Part shown: positions 1 to 9,929 of the stretch, piece by piece
Position numbering within the stretch: the first letter of the stretch is position 1
Layout of the letters: each line of letters begins with the position of its first letter
Source of the DNA: Candidatus Latescibacterota bacterium
Lineage (GTDB): Bacteria; Latescibacterota; UBA2968; GCA-2709665
Direction: 5' to 3'
DNA length: 64,000 nt
Assembly: GCA_965222075.1 (NCBI GenBank)
Contig: OZ244937.1
Location: 5,280,001 to 5,344,000 of the forward strand
The notes under the pieces: model-generated
The model's input: only the letters and a program-made list of their open reading frames with translations
Databases searched by the model: none
Told to the model about the DNA's origin: nothing
Made by a program: the position numbers and the translations under genes

Positions 1-1
1 C

Positions 2-190
2 ACGGTTGTGCGGATCGGCGCCGAGTCGAGAGTTCTGGAGGTGATTCGGGAAGCGGGCATGGGCGCGGTGCGCATTCCGCATGCTGCGGTGGACAACCTG
101 GGGATCAACCTGTTTTTCGACGAGGTGGAACGGCGGTTTGGGCCGCTGAATATCATTCCATGCAATTATTTTGAGCGCATCAAAAGGTAA
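2..190 (+). CDS. 3' end of a NIF3-like dinuclear metal-centre protein (partial)
   Basis: C-terminus IPHAAVDNLGINLFFDEVE...IIPCNYFERIKR resembles the H-x-x-D-x-L-G-x-N-L ending of NIF3-like proteins; frame is open to the window edge. Confidence 0.5.
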   Translation, partial: TVVRIGAESRVLEVIREAGMGAVRIPHAAVDNLGINLFFDEVERRFGPLNIIPCNYFERIKR

Positions 191-222
191 GGCCGGATGC
201 CCAGATCCTCAAAGGCACCGCG

Positions 223-560
223 ATGAAACGGGTGAAGGGGGCAGCCATTGTCAACGTGTCTTCGCGCAATGCCCTGTCGAGCCCAGCCCACGCGCGGCCA
301 CTTACGACGCCGCCAAGGCCGCGCTGCTGGCCCTGACGCGCACGCTGGCCGTGGAGCTGGGCGGGGATGGTATCCGGGTGAATGCGGTGCTGCCGGGGTT
401 TATCGATACGCCCATTCACGGGGATCTGCTCAAGGACCGGGTCTTTGTGAGGAACTACCTCAAGCTGATTCCGCTCAACCGCATCGGGAAGCCGGAGGAT
501 ATCGCCAATATCATCTTTTTTCTGGCTTCGGACGGGGCTGCTTTTATTACCGGCCCCCCG
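223..560 (+). pseudogene. SDR oxidoreductase C-terminal fragment, frameshifted
   Basis: GAAIVNVSSRNA in one frame, then YDAAK and GIRVNAVLPGFIDT...FITG in another (shift near 285); no N-terminal Rossmann motif. Confidence 0.75.
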
Positions 561-714
561 CACCAAACCGGAGGAGTCGCAGAGGCGAGAGGCGTGAGGG
601 GGCGTGGACGGACGGCGAAGGTTACAGTGCCGACCTGGACGCAATCGCGTGATATGGAGCGAATAGCGGACGAAGTGGTACACAGAGTAGAGGCCTGGGA
701 CAAGGAGGTGTGCT

Positions 715-2898
715 GTGGCGATTGAGGTTCGAGGGAGGGTGATGGAAGACCCGTCCGGACGCGGCCTGGACGGCGTTTCCGTTTCCAACGGGGAGCGGAT
801 TGTGCAGACGGACGGTGAGGGTCGGTACGCGCTTGAGGTGCAACCGGAGGCGCACCGGTTCGTGTTTGTGACGGTTCCGGACGGTTTTCGGGCTCCGTCG
901 GGGTTCTATCGGTCTGCGCTGGATTGGACGGACGCGCAGGAGGGGGTGGATTTCGGGCTTGAGCCTGCGCCTGAGCGGGCCGGACGGCGGTTCAGGCTTG
1001 CGCAGATTACCGATACGCACGTTGTGACGGAAGGGGAGGCGCACAGTTCCGGAGAGGTGCTTGCGGAGGCGCTGCAGCAGCTTGTGCGGGAGGCTGAGCC
1101 GGACCTGATTGTGGTGAGCGGGGATCTGACGGACTGGGGGAGGCTGCCCGAGTTGACCCGTTTTCGTGAGGCGGTTGAGACGGTTTCGACGCCGGTTTTT
1201 CCGCTGTTCGGCGGACACGACGGGAACGAAGAGCGTTACGGAGGTATTTCGGTGGATGCATATCTGAGGATGAGTGTGACGCCGAATAACCCGAAGCTGA
1301 AGGAGATTGTGGAGAAGCACGCGGGCAGGACGTTGACCCGGCACTTTGAAGCGGTGCTCGGTCCTTCGTATTACAGTTTTGACTGGGGGGGACGCCACTT
1401 TGCGTTTTATCCGAACGAACAGTCGTTCTTTTCGCCGGCGGACCGGGAGCGGAAGGAGAGGTGGTTCCGGGCTGATCTGGGGCTGCAGCCGGCGGACCGG
1501 GAGATTGTGGTGGTGGTGCACACGCCGCCGCCGGTTTCGTTTCTGGAGGCGCTGGGCCGGTACAACGTCCGGCTTGTGCTGCACGGACATTGGCATTCCA
1601 GCAAGGTGTTCTCTTACGGGGATATGGTCGTGGCCGCGGCTCCACCGGTCTGTTTCGGGGGGATCGACACGTCGCCAAAGGGCTACCGCCTGGTGCGGTT
1701 TGGAGAGGAGGATGCGGCGGTGGAGATGAGGGAGCTTCAATCCGCAGGCGTCTCGCCGCCACCGGGGGGTGCGCCGCCGGAGATTTCGCTTGAGGGGGAG
1801 GTGCTGCGGCTTTGCTGGGAGCAGCGTCTGCCGGGAGGGCTCCACCGGGCAGCGCCCGTGCCGGCGGGGGACCGGCTGCTGCTGAGTCTGCGGGATGAGG
1901 GCGATCCCGGACGCAGCGGGATTTGCTGTGTTGAGGCCCGCAGCGGAGACCTGGTGTGGCATGCGCGTACGGTTGCGGCGGTTAAGAACAGCGCCGCTGT
2001 TTCCGGCGATGTGTGCGCGGCGGTATCGGTAACCGGACGGGTGTACGCGCTGGAGGTGGCGTCGGGAGAGGTGCTGTGGCAGGCGGACCTGCCCGGGTAT
2101 CCGGAGCGCTGGATTTACACCTCTCCGGTTATTGGAGACGGGAGAGTGTACGCGGGGGCAAAGGCCGGTTACGCGGCCTACGATCTGAAGACAGGAGGGC
2201 AGCAGTGGTATACGCCTGTGGAAGGCAGCGATAACTGGGCTTGCTACGCAAGCCCTCAAATCTGCGGCAACCTGCTTCTCCTGTTTGTCCAGCGGCGGGG
2301 GCTGATGGCGCTGGACCGGGAGACCGGGGACGTGGTGTGGGAACAGCCGGTGGGGTTCGAGTTCCCGTATGCAACCCCGGTTGTGGCCGGAGACCTGCTG
2401 GTGAGTGGAGGTGGAGGTGGTTCGTCCAATCTTCACCATTTCTCGGGGGAGGCGTCGCCACTCATCGCGCTGCGGACGGATTCGGGCGAGGGGGTCTGGA
2501 GCCGTCCCGTGCTGCCGTCCAGCTATCCGACCGGACTGCTCGTGCGGGACGGACGGATTTTCGCCACAACAACCGAGGCAGGGGCGCTCTGTTTCGATTT
2601 GGATTCCGGGGCGCGGTTGTGGCGGTTTCAGACGGGGGACGATCTGCTGGATATGGTTCCCTACCGGAGAGGGCTCCGTTCCATCCTGGCCGCGCCGGTG
2701 GTCTTTGAGGATCGTCTTCTCATTTGCGGGTGCGACGGGTGTCTGTACGTCCTTGACGCTGCTTCGGGCGAATGCCGGGGCCGCACGGCCTTTGGCTCGC
2801 CGATTACGGCACCTCCGTGTGCGGTGGAAGGTGGGCTGGTTGTGGGGACGTACGATGGGCGGGTTTTTTGTTTTGAACCATCGGAGGAAAAAAAATGA
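715..2898 (+). CDS. Calcineurin-like metallophosphoesterase fused to a PQQ-like beta-propeller
   Basis: N-terminal GLDGVSVSNG...TDGEGRY domain; motifs DTH, GDLTD, GGHD, HGHWH; repeated ALD..TG.V.W propeller blades; RBS AAGGAGG before GTG. Confidence 0.85.
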   Translation: MAIEVRGRVMEDPSGRGLDGVSVSNGERIVQTDGEGRYALEVQPEAHRFVFVTVPDGFRAPSGFYRSALDWTDAQEGVDFGLEPAPERAGRRFRLAQITDTHVVTEGEAHSSGEVLAEALQQLVREAEPDLIVVSGDLTDWGRLPELTRFREAVETVSTPVFPLFGGHDGNEERYGGISVDAYLRMSVTPNNPKLKEIVEKHAGRTLTRHFEAVLGPSYYSFDWGGRHFAFYPNEQSFFSPADRERKERWFRADLGLQPADREIVVVVHTPPPVSFLEALGRYNVRLVLHGHWHSSKVFSYGDMVVAAAPPVCFGGIDTSPKGYRLVRFGEEDAAVEMRELQSAGVSPPPGGAPPEISLEGEVLRLCWEQRLPGGLHRAAPVPAGDRLLLSLRDEGDPGRSGICCVEARSGDLVWHARTVAAVKNSAAVSGDVCAAVSVTGRVYALEVASGEVLWQADLPGYPERWIYTSPVIGDGRVYAGAKAGYAAYDLKTGGQQWYTPVEGSDNWACYASPQICGNLLLLFVQRRGLMALDRETGDVVWEQPVGFEFPYATPVVAGDLLVSGGGGGSSNLHHFSGEASPLIALRTDSGEGVWSRPVLPSSYPTGLLVRDGRIFATTTEAGALCFDLDSGARLWRFQTGDDLLDMVPYRRGLRSILAAPVVFEDRLLICGCDGCLYVLDAASGECRGRTAFGSPITAPPCAVEGGLVVGTYDGRVFCFEPSEEKK

Positions 2899-4169
2899 AG
2901 ACAGTAGACCCTGTTGCGGTCTGGGATGTGCGGCCGTGGGGATGCGATACGTTCTGTGTTGACGATTTTAACGGGGACGGCAAGCATGAGGTGCTTTTTC
3001 TGCAGACGTCGGGATGCCATGCCGACAGGCGGCACGATCCGAGGTTTCCGGCGTTCAAAGGCTACAAGACCGGCATCGAGGAGCAGGAGCTGTTCTGTAT
3101 GACGCTGGCGGATGGGGAGGGGAATATCCTGTGGCAGGTGGGAGAACCATGGGCGCTGGAGAGGCCCTTTTCGTGGAACGGGCACTGGAACGAGTTCTGC
3201 CATGTGGTGGATTTCGACGGCGACGGGCAGGTGGAGATTCTGTTCGTGTACAAGGACGACGTGCGGGTCTACGACGGGGCGACCGGGGCGCTGCGCCATC
3301 AGAGAGAGATGCCCCACCCGGGGGCGTATTACACCCGTGCGGTCAGGGCCGATCATTCGGGGCAGTACCATATTTTTGCGCATGTAGATCCCTGTTTTCT
3401 GCTAAGTCCAAATTTCGACGTGGTCTGGGAAAGAGATGCGCCCGGGGCGCGGCCCGGACATTTCGGGAGTTTTGCGGATGTGGACGGGGACGGGCTGGAC
3501 GAGTTGCTGGCCGGGTTCAGCCTGTTGGCCCACGACGGCACGCCGCTGTGGGCCCATCCGCCGGCATCGGAGGGGGACCACTTAGACGACGCTCGCATCG
3601 CGGATATCGACGGGGACGGCCGGCTGGAAATCGCCTTAGCGCACGACGGGCACGACGCGGTGGTTCACAACGACGACGGTGCCGAGCGGTTCCGCGTGAA
3701 GATGCACCACTGCCAGAATATCCTGATCGGGAAGTTTTTTGCCGATACGCCCGGGCTGCAGCTGGTTTTGATGGATAAGACAATCGGTCCGGCCGGGGAT
3801 AGGGAAGGGGTGGCTGTGGACGCCGAGGGAAGAGAGCTATCTCGTCATCGCAATCTGGGGTACTATTCGACGATCAACTGGGCGACCGATGTGGGGCCTT
3901 TGAGTTTGATCCGCGTGGAACGGCCGGTGGAACCGGATGGAGAGCACCGGGTGATGTGGGTTGCGCCCACGGGCGAGGAGCTGGCCAGTTTCAAGGTGCG
4001 TTCGAGTTTTTATGACCGGATCCAACGGCACGGGCTGGACAGGTTTCCCGGACGGGGCCGGTACTACGGCACGACCCACAGCCCGGCAATCGGCGATGTG
4101 GACGGGGATGGGTGCGATGAATTGCTGGTGACGGATCGGGAGAGGGTGTGGGTTTTTGAGAGGCCGTGA
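2895..4169 (+). CDS. FG-GAP/VCBS-repeat beta-propeller (rhamnogalacturonan lyase PL11-like)
   Basis: Five DxxGDGxxE motifs; GH, DH and HCQ motifs as in PL11-like propellers; ATGA overlap with the upstream gene. Confidence 0.65.
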   Translation: MKTVDPVAVWDVRPWGCDTFCVDDFNGDGKHEVLFLQTSGCHADRRHDPRFPAFKGYKTGIEEQELFCMTLADGEGNILWQVGEPWALERPFSWNGHWNEFCHVVDFDGDGQVEILFVYKDDVRVYDGATGALRHQREMPHPGAYYTRAVRADHSGQYHIFAHVDPCFLLSPNFDVVWERDAPGARPGHFGSFADVDGDGLDELLAGFSLLAHDGTPLWAHPPASEGDHLDDARIADIDGDGRLEIALAHDGHDAVVHNDDGAERFRVKMHHCQNILIGKFFADTPGLQLVLMDKTIGPAGDREGVAVDAEGRELSRHRNLGYYSTINWATDVGPLSLIRVERPVEPDGEHRVMWVAPTGEELASFKVRSSFYDRIQRHGLDRFPGRGRYYGTTHSPAIGDVDGDGCDELLVTDRERVWVFERP

Positions 4170-4214
4170 GGTAGGCGAAGACCCTCAGGAGTGGAAGCCG
4201 GAGGAGATTGCCGT

Positions 4215-7200
4215 ATGAAACTGCTTCGCCGGGTCGGGATGGTCCTCACGATGGTTTTTATCCTCTTTCCGCTCTTTGTGGGCCTGTCCGATTTCGACCG
4301 GGTTCAGGAATTTTTGAATGCGCTGCAGGGGGTTACGCCCGCCCGCCCGCTGCCTCCGGTAGCTGACACCGAAGTTCAGAGGGTTGTGGAACAGGTGCTC
4401 AACACAGTTTCCGAAGCAGACGTGCGGAGACACATGGCCCGCTTTACGCAGAATGGTTCCCGCGTGTGCGGCTATCCCGGGCACGAAGCCGCAGCCCGTT
4501 TTATTCGGGATGAATTTGAACGCATCGGTCTTCGGAACGTTGCGCTTGAACCCTTCGACGTTACTTCTCCTGTGGACAAAGGGTGCCGTCTCACCCTCCT
4601 GAGGAGCGGTGCCTCCTTCCCCATTTATGCGGTGTGGCCCAACCTGGCGAAGACCTCCACACTTCCACGGTCGGGGGTGCGCACCCGGCTCATCTACGGT
4701 GGGGACGGCGAGTTTCGGGATTTTGAGGGCCACGACATTGAGAACGCCGCAGTGCTGATGGAATTCAACAGCGGGAACAACTGGCTTAAGGCGGCGATGC
4801 TGGGGGTCTCGCAGGTTATTTTTATCGAGCCGGACGCCACCTTTACCAGGCAGGCCGAGCAGAAGTTTCTCCAGGTTCCCAACGGTGTGGAGCGGTTTTG
4901 GATCGATCGGGAGTCCGGACGGGCATTGGAGCGGACACTGGCCGTAGAGGGAGAACTCGAGGTTGAACTCCGGGCGCGGATGGACTGGGAGAAGAAGACG
5001 GCGTACAATATCCTGGGATCGGCGCCGGGGACCGATCCGGAGTTGAAAGATCAGATTGTGGTGATCAACGCGTATTATGACGCTATGTCCGTGGTGCCGG
5101 CCTTAGCGCCGGGTGCGGAGATGGCCTGTGGTATTGTGGCGCTGATGGAGCTGGTGGACTACTTTAAGCGTTACCCGCCCGGGCGCACGGTTCTCTTTCT
5201 GGCCAGTTCGGCGCACCACCTGGGGTTTCGGGGAATCTGCGATTTTCTGAGGCGGCACGCCCGGAAAGAAGAACATTTTGCGGCGTTGATGACCGATCCG
5301 ATCGATGTGCGCCTGTTTATTGGGCTGGATCTGACCAGTCAGACCGACGAGATCGGCATCTGGCACAACAGCCGATCCCTTCTTCACAGCCGTTTCTTCT
5401 CCTCTTTCGGGAAGAAGTTCGTCCGGATTTTCGAAATGTTCGCCGGGATCTTAGGGCCCGATTCGGCCGGGACAATGGTGAATGGCATCACCCCTGCCAA
5501 GGGCATGACCTGGGATATGTACATTCCAGGGAAAAATTTGAAGACCGACGGCGAGGTTGTTTTCGAGGCCGGTCTCCCTGCGATTTCTCTGGTGACGGTG
5601 AACGACGCCCGGTTCCGGGTGGATACGCCCTTAGACCTGCCCGAGCGTGTGAACTACGAAAACCTGACCGGACAGATCCGAATTCTGGCCGGGGTGCTTG
5701 CGCTGGCTCTGGATGATTCCGACCTCATTCCTGACTTCCGGCAGATTAAATTCGACGACCGGATGCGGGGGCTAAAGGGGTTTGTACGGACCTTCCCCAG
5801 GCGAAGCATTGTGCCCGACCGCCCCAAGCCGGGGGCGGTGGCCGCGCTGCGGATGGGTGTCGATAAGTCGGTTAAGGGGGTGCGCCGGATCTATTATGAC
5901 ATAGCCGACGAGAAGGGGGAGTTCTATATGCCCGGCATCGCCGAGCGCCGGGTGGCTGTGTCGGCCTACTATCTTGACGTCCAGACCGGAGAGGTTTCCT
6001 ACGCGCCCAATTTCGGGCAGCAGGCGCGGATCTACGCGAGTGAGTTCGATATGGACTGGTGGATTTCCAAGCGCACGCTGATTCTTTTTCCATGTATCGC
6101 CACGGATTTCTACGATACGGTGGACCCCAGGTATCTGACCAAGCTGTCCCAGATCAGCATTTACGGGGAGGGTCATACGGCCCCTCAGGAGTACGGATAT
6201 GCAATCGGGTTTGGACCGACCGAGCCGGTGGGGACAATTTTCACGCATCCGGGAGAGAAGGTGAAAATTGTGATGCGCTCGGGTGCCATCGGGGTTCGCT
6301 TTCTGCTGCTCAATTCTCTGGGGGTGGAGAGCAAGGAGGCGGCCCGGGGCGCGGGGTTCCAGACACTGACACAGGGGGCGTTTGTGCGCACGTCTTTCCA
6401 GGCGGCCAAAGATATGTGGATGTTGAATGAGGCGCGGATTCGGGAGCTGGAGCGGTATGCGATTGAGAACCAGCGGCTGAACGTGCTGCATGCGGATGCG
6501 GCGGTCCACATCCAGCGGGCCGAGGAGGCGATGGCGGAGAAGCGCTGGGACGCGTTTATGATGCACACGCGGGCGGCGCTGGGAATCGAGTCGCGGGCGT
6601 ATCCGGATGTGAAGTCGACGCAGAACGACGTGGTCCGGGGGATCATCTTTTTTATGGCGCTGGTGATTCCCTGCGCTTTTTTTGCAGAGCGCCTGATTTT
6701 TTCCGCTGCGGACATCCGCTGGCAGATCGCCGGGTTCGCCGGGATTTTTGCAGTGATCTGGTTTTTTCTTTCCACGGTTCATCCGGCGTTTGAGCTCTCC
6801 AATCCGATTGTCATCCTCCTGGCTTTCGTGATTTTAGCGCTTGCGGTTTTTGTGATTTGGCTCGTATTTTCCCGGTTTAACGAAAATATGCGCCGGCTGC
6901 GAGTGTCCGGGACGCTTTTGCACGAGACCGATGTGGGCCGCATCAGCGCCTCCCTGGCCGCCTTCTATTTGGGCATTGCCAATATGAAGCGGCGTAAGCT
7001 GCGCACCTGGCTGACTTTTATCACCCTGGCGCTCCTGACGTTTACGGTGCTGTCTTTTACGTCGATCAAGTCGATTCTCCGGTTCTACCGGCTTCCCCGG
7101 GAGGCGACGGACGCTTACCCCGGCATTCTGATCCGCAGCAAGTTCTGGGGTGCCCTGGAGGAGTCGGCCTACGACTATGCAAAGGTCAATTTCGAGAGCA

Positions 7201-8726
7201 TCGGCGCCGTTGTCCCGCGGAGCTGGTACTTCACACGGGACAAGAAAAAGATTCCTGTCGCGTCCGATCAGGCGACGACCAGGGCGCTGGGTGTGCTGGG
7301 GGTTACCCCACAGGAGCCCCGGGTGACCGGGCTTGACCGCTGCCTTAAAGTGGGACGTTGGTTCCGGCCCGGGGAACTGGCCTGTATCCTGTCTGAGGAG
7401 ATGGCCGGCCGCCTCGGGGTTATGCCGGGTGACCTCGACCGCAAACGTGTCCGAATTTTTGGAGAGCAGCTGACTGTGGTCGGGGTGATTGATTCGGAAA
7501 AATTCAAAGAGATCAAGGATTTAGACGGTGAAATTCTCAGTCCGGCTGATTTTAAAGTGACAGATGATGATGTCGTCAACCAGATGGTCTCCCGGGTACA
7601 GCTGGAGAAACAGGGTCTCGAGCTTCCCCAGGCTGCGGTTCTTCCTTTCACACATATTGACCCTGAAAATATCCTCATCATTCCTTACCACCTGCTGCGG
7701 GAGGTGGGCAGTCCGCTGCAATCGGTGGCCGTTCGGTTCTTCCCGGGGGTGAATGTAAAGGCGCAGGTGGAGGCTTTTCTTTCCCGACTTTCTATGGTTC
7801 TCTTCGCCGGTATTCCCGACGGTGAGGGACGGATTCAGGTCTCGGTTTACAGCTCTCTGGGCAATATTTCCTTTCGGGGGCTGGGTAACCTTTTTATTCC
7901 GATTTTGATCGCCGCGCTGATCGTGCTGAATACAATGATGGGGTCGGTGTATGAACGCTTCAAGGAGATTGGGATCTATTCGGCCGTGGGGCTGGCGCCG
8001 GTGCACGTCGCATTTCTCTTCATCGCGGAAGCCTGCGTTTACGCGGTTCTGGGCACCGTGTGCGGTTATCTGCTGGGGCAGGGGGTGGCCAAGGCGCTCC
8101 TGGCGCAGGGCTGGCTTGCGGGAGTCACGCTCAATTATTCCGCGCTTTCGACGGTTTACGCGGCTGCACTGGTGATGGCGGTGGTGATGCTTTCGGCTCT
8201 TTTTCCGGCGCAGAAGGCTTCTCTTATTGCGGGGCGGAACGTGACCCGCCGCTGGAAATTGCCCAACCCTGAGGGGAATTGCTGGCGGTTCGAGTTTCCA
8301 TTTACCGTAGGCAGTAGTGAGGCCCTGGGCCTGTTCGTTTTTCTAACCGATTATTTCGCATCTCACAACGACGAGTCGATGGGCGTTTTTTACACCAACG
8401 GCGCGAAACCGGGGGCGGTTCAGACCGAAACGGGCGAGGGGTACACCATCGATACGACAGTCTGGCTGGCGCCCTACGACGTGGGGGTGAGTGAGCGGAT
8501 CCACTTTGAGGCGGTGCCCACCGGAGAACACAATATCCACGCCCTGTTGCTTCGCATCGATCGGATCTCCGGAGATAACGCCTCGTGGCGCCGTGTGAAC
8601 CAGAGGTTTATGAAAACCCTGCGCAAACAGTTCCTCATCTGGCGCACCGTGGACCCTTCCACAAAGGCCGCTTACCGGGAGAGAGGTCTCAAGGAGGTGT
8701 TTGAAACGCAGGAAGGGGCTGTCTAA
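4215..8726 (+). CDS. Large membrane protein: M28/PA-like ectodomain plus MacB/FtsX-like permease
   Basis: SRVCGYPG, NILG, AYYD, APGAE and LDL M28-like motifs; 4-TM block; RRKLRTWLT; ERFKEIGIYSAVG FtsX motif; start taken after RBS GGAGGAG. Confidence 0.85.
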   Translation: MKLLRRVGMVLTMVFILFPLFVGLSDFDRVQEFLNALQGVTPARPLPPVADTEVQRVVEQVLNTVSEADVRRHMARFTQNGSRVCGYPGHEAAARFIRDEFERIGLRNVALEPFDVTSPVDKGCRLTLLRSGASFPIYAVWPNLAKTSTLPRSGVRTRLIYGGDGEFRDFEGHDIENAAVLMEFNSGNNWLKAAMLGVSQVIFIEPDATFTRQAEQKFLQVPNGVERFWIDRESGRALERTLAVEGELEVELRARMDWEKKTAYNILGSAPGTDPELKDQIVVINAYYDAMSVVPALAPGAEMACGIVALMELVDYFKRYPPGRTVLFLASSAHHLGFRGICDFLRRHARKEEHFAALMTDPIDVRLFIGLDLTSQTDEIGIWHNSRSLLHSRFFSSFGKKFVRIFEMFAGILGPDSAGTMVNGITPAKGMTWDMYIPGKNLKTDGEVVFEAGLPAISLVTVNDARFRVDTPLDLPERVNYENLTGQIRILAGVLALALDDSDLIPDFRQIKFDDRMRGLKGFVRTFPRRSIVPDRPKPGAVAALRMGVDKSVKGVRRIYYDIADEKGEFYMPGIAERRVAVSAYYLDVQTGEVSYAPNFGQQARIYASEFDMDWWISKRTLILFPCIATDFYDTVDPRYLTKLSQISIYGEGHTAPQEYGYAIGFGPTEPVGTIFTHPGEKVKIVMRSGAIGVRFLLLNSLGVESKEAARGAGFQTLTQGAFVRTSFQAAKDMWMLNEARIRELERYAIENQRLNVLHADAAVHIQRAEEAMAEKRWDAFMMHTRAALGIESRAYPDVKSTQNDVVRGIIFFMALVIPCAFFAERLIFSAADIRWQIAGFAGIFAVIWFFLSTVHPAFELSNPIVILLAFVILALAVFVIWLVFSRFNENMRRLRVSGTLLHETDVGRISASLAAFYLGIANMKRRKLRTWLTFITLALLTFTVLSFTSIKSILRFYRLPREATDAYPGILIRSKFWGALEESAYDYAKVNFESIGAVVPRSWYFTRDKKKIPVASDQATTRALGVLGVTPQEPRVTGLDRCLKVGRWFRPGELACILSEEMAGRLGVMPGDLDRKRVRIFGEQLTVVGVIDSEKFKEIKDLDGEILSPADFKVTDDDVVNQMVSRVQLEKQGLELPQAAVLPFTHIDPENILIIPYHLLREVGSPLQSVAVRFFPGVNVKAQVEAFLSRLSMVLFAGIPDGEGRIQVSVYSSLGNISFRGLGNLFIPILIAALIVLNTMMGSVYERFKEIGIYSAVGLAPVHVAFLFIAEACVYAVLGTVCGYLLGQGVAKALLAQGWLAGVTLNYSALSTVYAAALVMAVVMLSALFPAQKASLIAGRNVTRRWKLPNPEGNCWRFEFPFTVGSSEALGLFVFLTDYFASHNDESMGVFYTNGAKPGAVQTETGEGYTIDTTVWLAPYDVGVSERIHFEAVPTGEHNIHALLLRIDRISGDNASWRRVNQRFMKTLRKQFLIWRTVDPSTKAAYRERGLKEVFETQEGAV

Positions 8727-8750
8727 GGGAGATGGAAAAAGGAGTATGGG

Positions 8751-9929
8751 ATGCAACCGTTCTTTTCTTTTACGCGTATGGATCAACTTCTTGAAACGGC
8801 CGACATGGAGGCGGTGCTTTTCTGCCGTCCGTCTTCTTTTTTCTACTTTACGACACTGCCCTGGTATGAGAGGATGCACTTCTCCGAGATGCCGGGACAA
8901 TATATTGTGCCGATAGCCGGTTATGTGCGCGGCCGCCCGGAGCAGGCTTTTGCCACAGCGTCACCCCAGATGGATTTCCCCGATTTTGAGGCGCAGAATA
9001 TCTGGATTTCCGATATTCGCCCGATGATGTTGGCGGTTCCATACGAGAGGCAGGCCGAGCTTATCGTTCAGATCCTTGACGAAAAGGGGGTTCGATCGGG
9101 GCAGGTGGGCATAGAACGAGGCATGCTTCCCCACGATTTAATCGCGGCACTTGATGGTCTTGCTCCTGATATCCGCTGGGCAGAGAGCCGGGACGTGCTT
9201 TTCAAACTCCAGGAGTTCAAGTCCAAGGAGGAGCTGGACAGGCTCAGGACGGCCTGCCGGATAACCGAAAAGGGGATGATGCGAGTTTTTGACAGACTGA
9301 CGGCCGATGTGACGCCCGAGGACTTGATGGACGTTTTTATAAAGTCTACGGCAGGGCTCTATATAGAGCGGTTTGGACATTTTTTTTCGGTTCACTTCAA
9401 GGACTTCCATTTTACAGGCCAGGAGTTGAAGCGTCCGCTCCTGAAACCGGAGACGCTGATTCATATCGATGTGTCTTCAATCTATAAGGGACTGATTTCG
9501 GATATTGGCAGAAATTTCTATTTCGGCTCTCCGGTTCCACCCGAAGTGGAGAGGTGTAGTCTGGCCTGTACAAAAACAATGCAGGTCGTTTTCAACCGTC
9601 TGAAACCCGGGATCTCCTGCGCCGAGGTGGACAGCTTGTCGAAGGAGGTTCTTTTTAATACGCTGGGCGATTCAACAGGTCTTAATGTGGGATTTCATTC
9701 GCACGGGATCGGCTGGATTCTGTACAGCTATCCCTGCATTTCTCCCGAACCGGAAGGGGAAATCCTCCCGGGCCATGCGTTCACGCTGGAGTACAAGGTG
9801 AAATACCCGGGTATTGGACATTTCAAGTGCGAAGACACATTTGCCATGCACGAAGATGGACCGGAGTGTCTCTGCGGGCTTGAGCGCAAACTTTTTGTGA
9901 AGTCGGGTACATCCCCGGAGGGAGCATGA
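8751..9929 (+). CDS. M24 (Xaa-Pro peptidase/creatinase) family protein
   Basis: KSKEELDRLR; metal ligands D (IDVS), D (SDIGR), H (HGIG), E (TLE), E (CED). Confidence 0.85.
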   Translation: MQPFFSFTRMDQLLETADMEAVLFCRPSSFFYFTTLPWYERMHFSEMPGQYIVPIAGYVRGRPEQAFATASPQMDFPDFEAQNIWISDIRPMMLAVPYERQAELIVQILDEKGVRSGQVGIERGMLPHDLIAALDGLAPDIRWAESRDVLFKLQEFKSKEELDRLRTACRITEKGMMRVFDRLTADVTPEDLMDVFIKSTAGLYIERFGHFFSVHFKDFHFTGQELKRPLLKPETLIHIDVSSIYKGLISDIGRNFYFGSPVPPEVERCSLACTKTMQVVFNRLKPGISCAEVDSLSKEVLFNTLGDSTGLNVGFHSHGIGWILYSYPCISPEPEGEILPGHAFTLEYKVKYPGIGHFKCEDTFAMHEDGPECLCGLERKLFVKSGTSPEGA

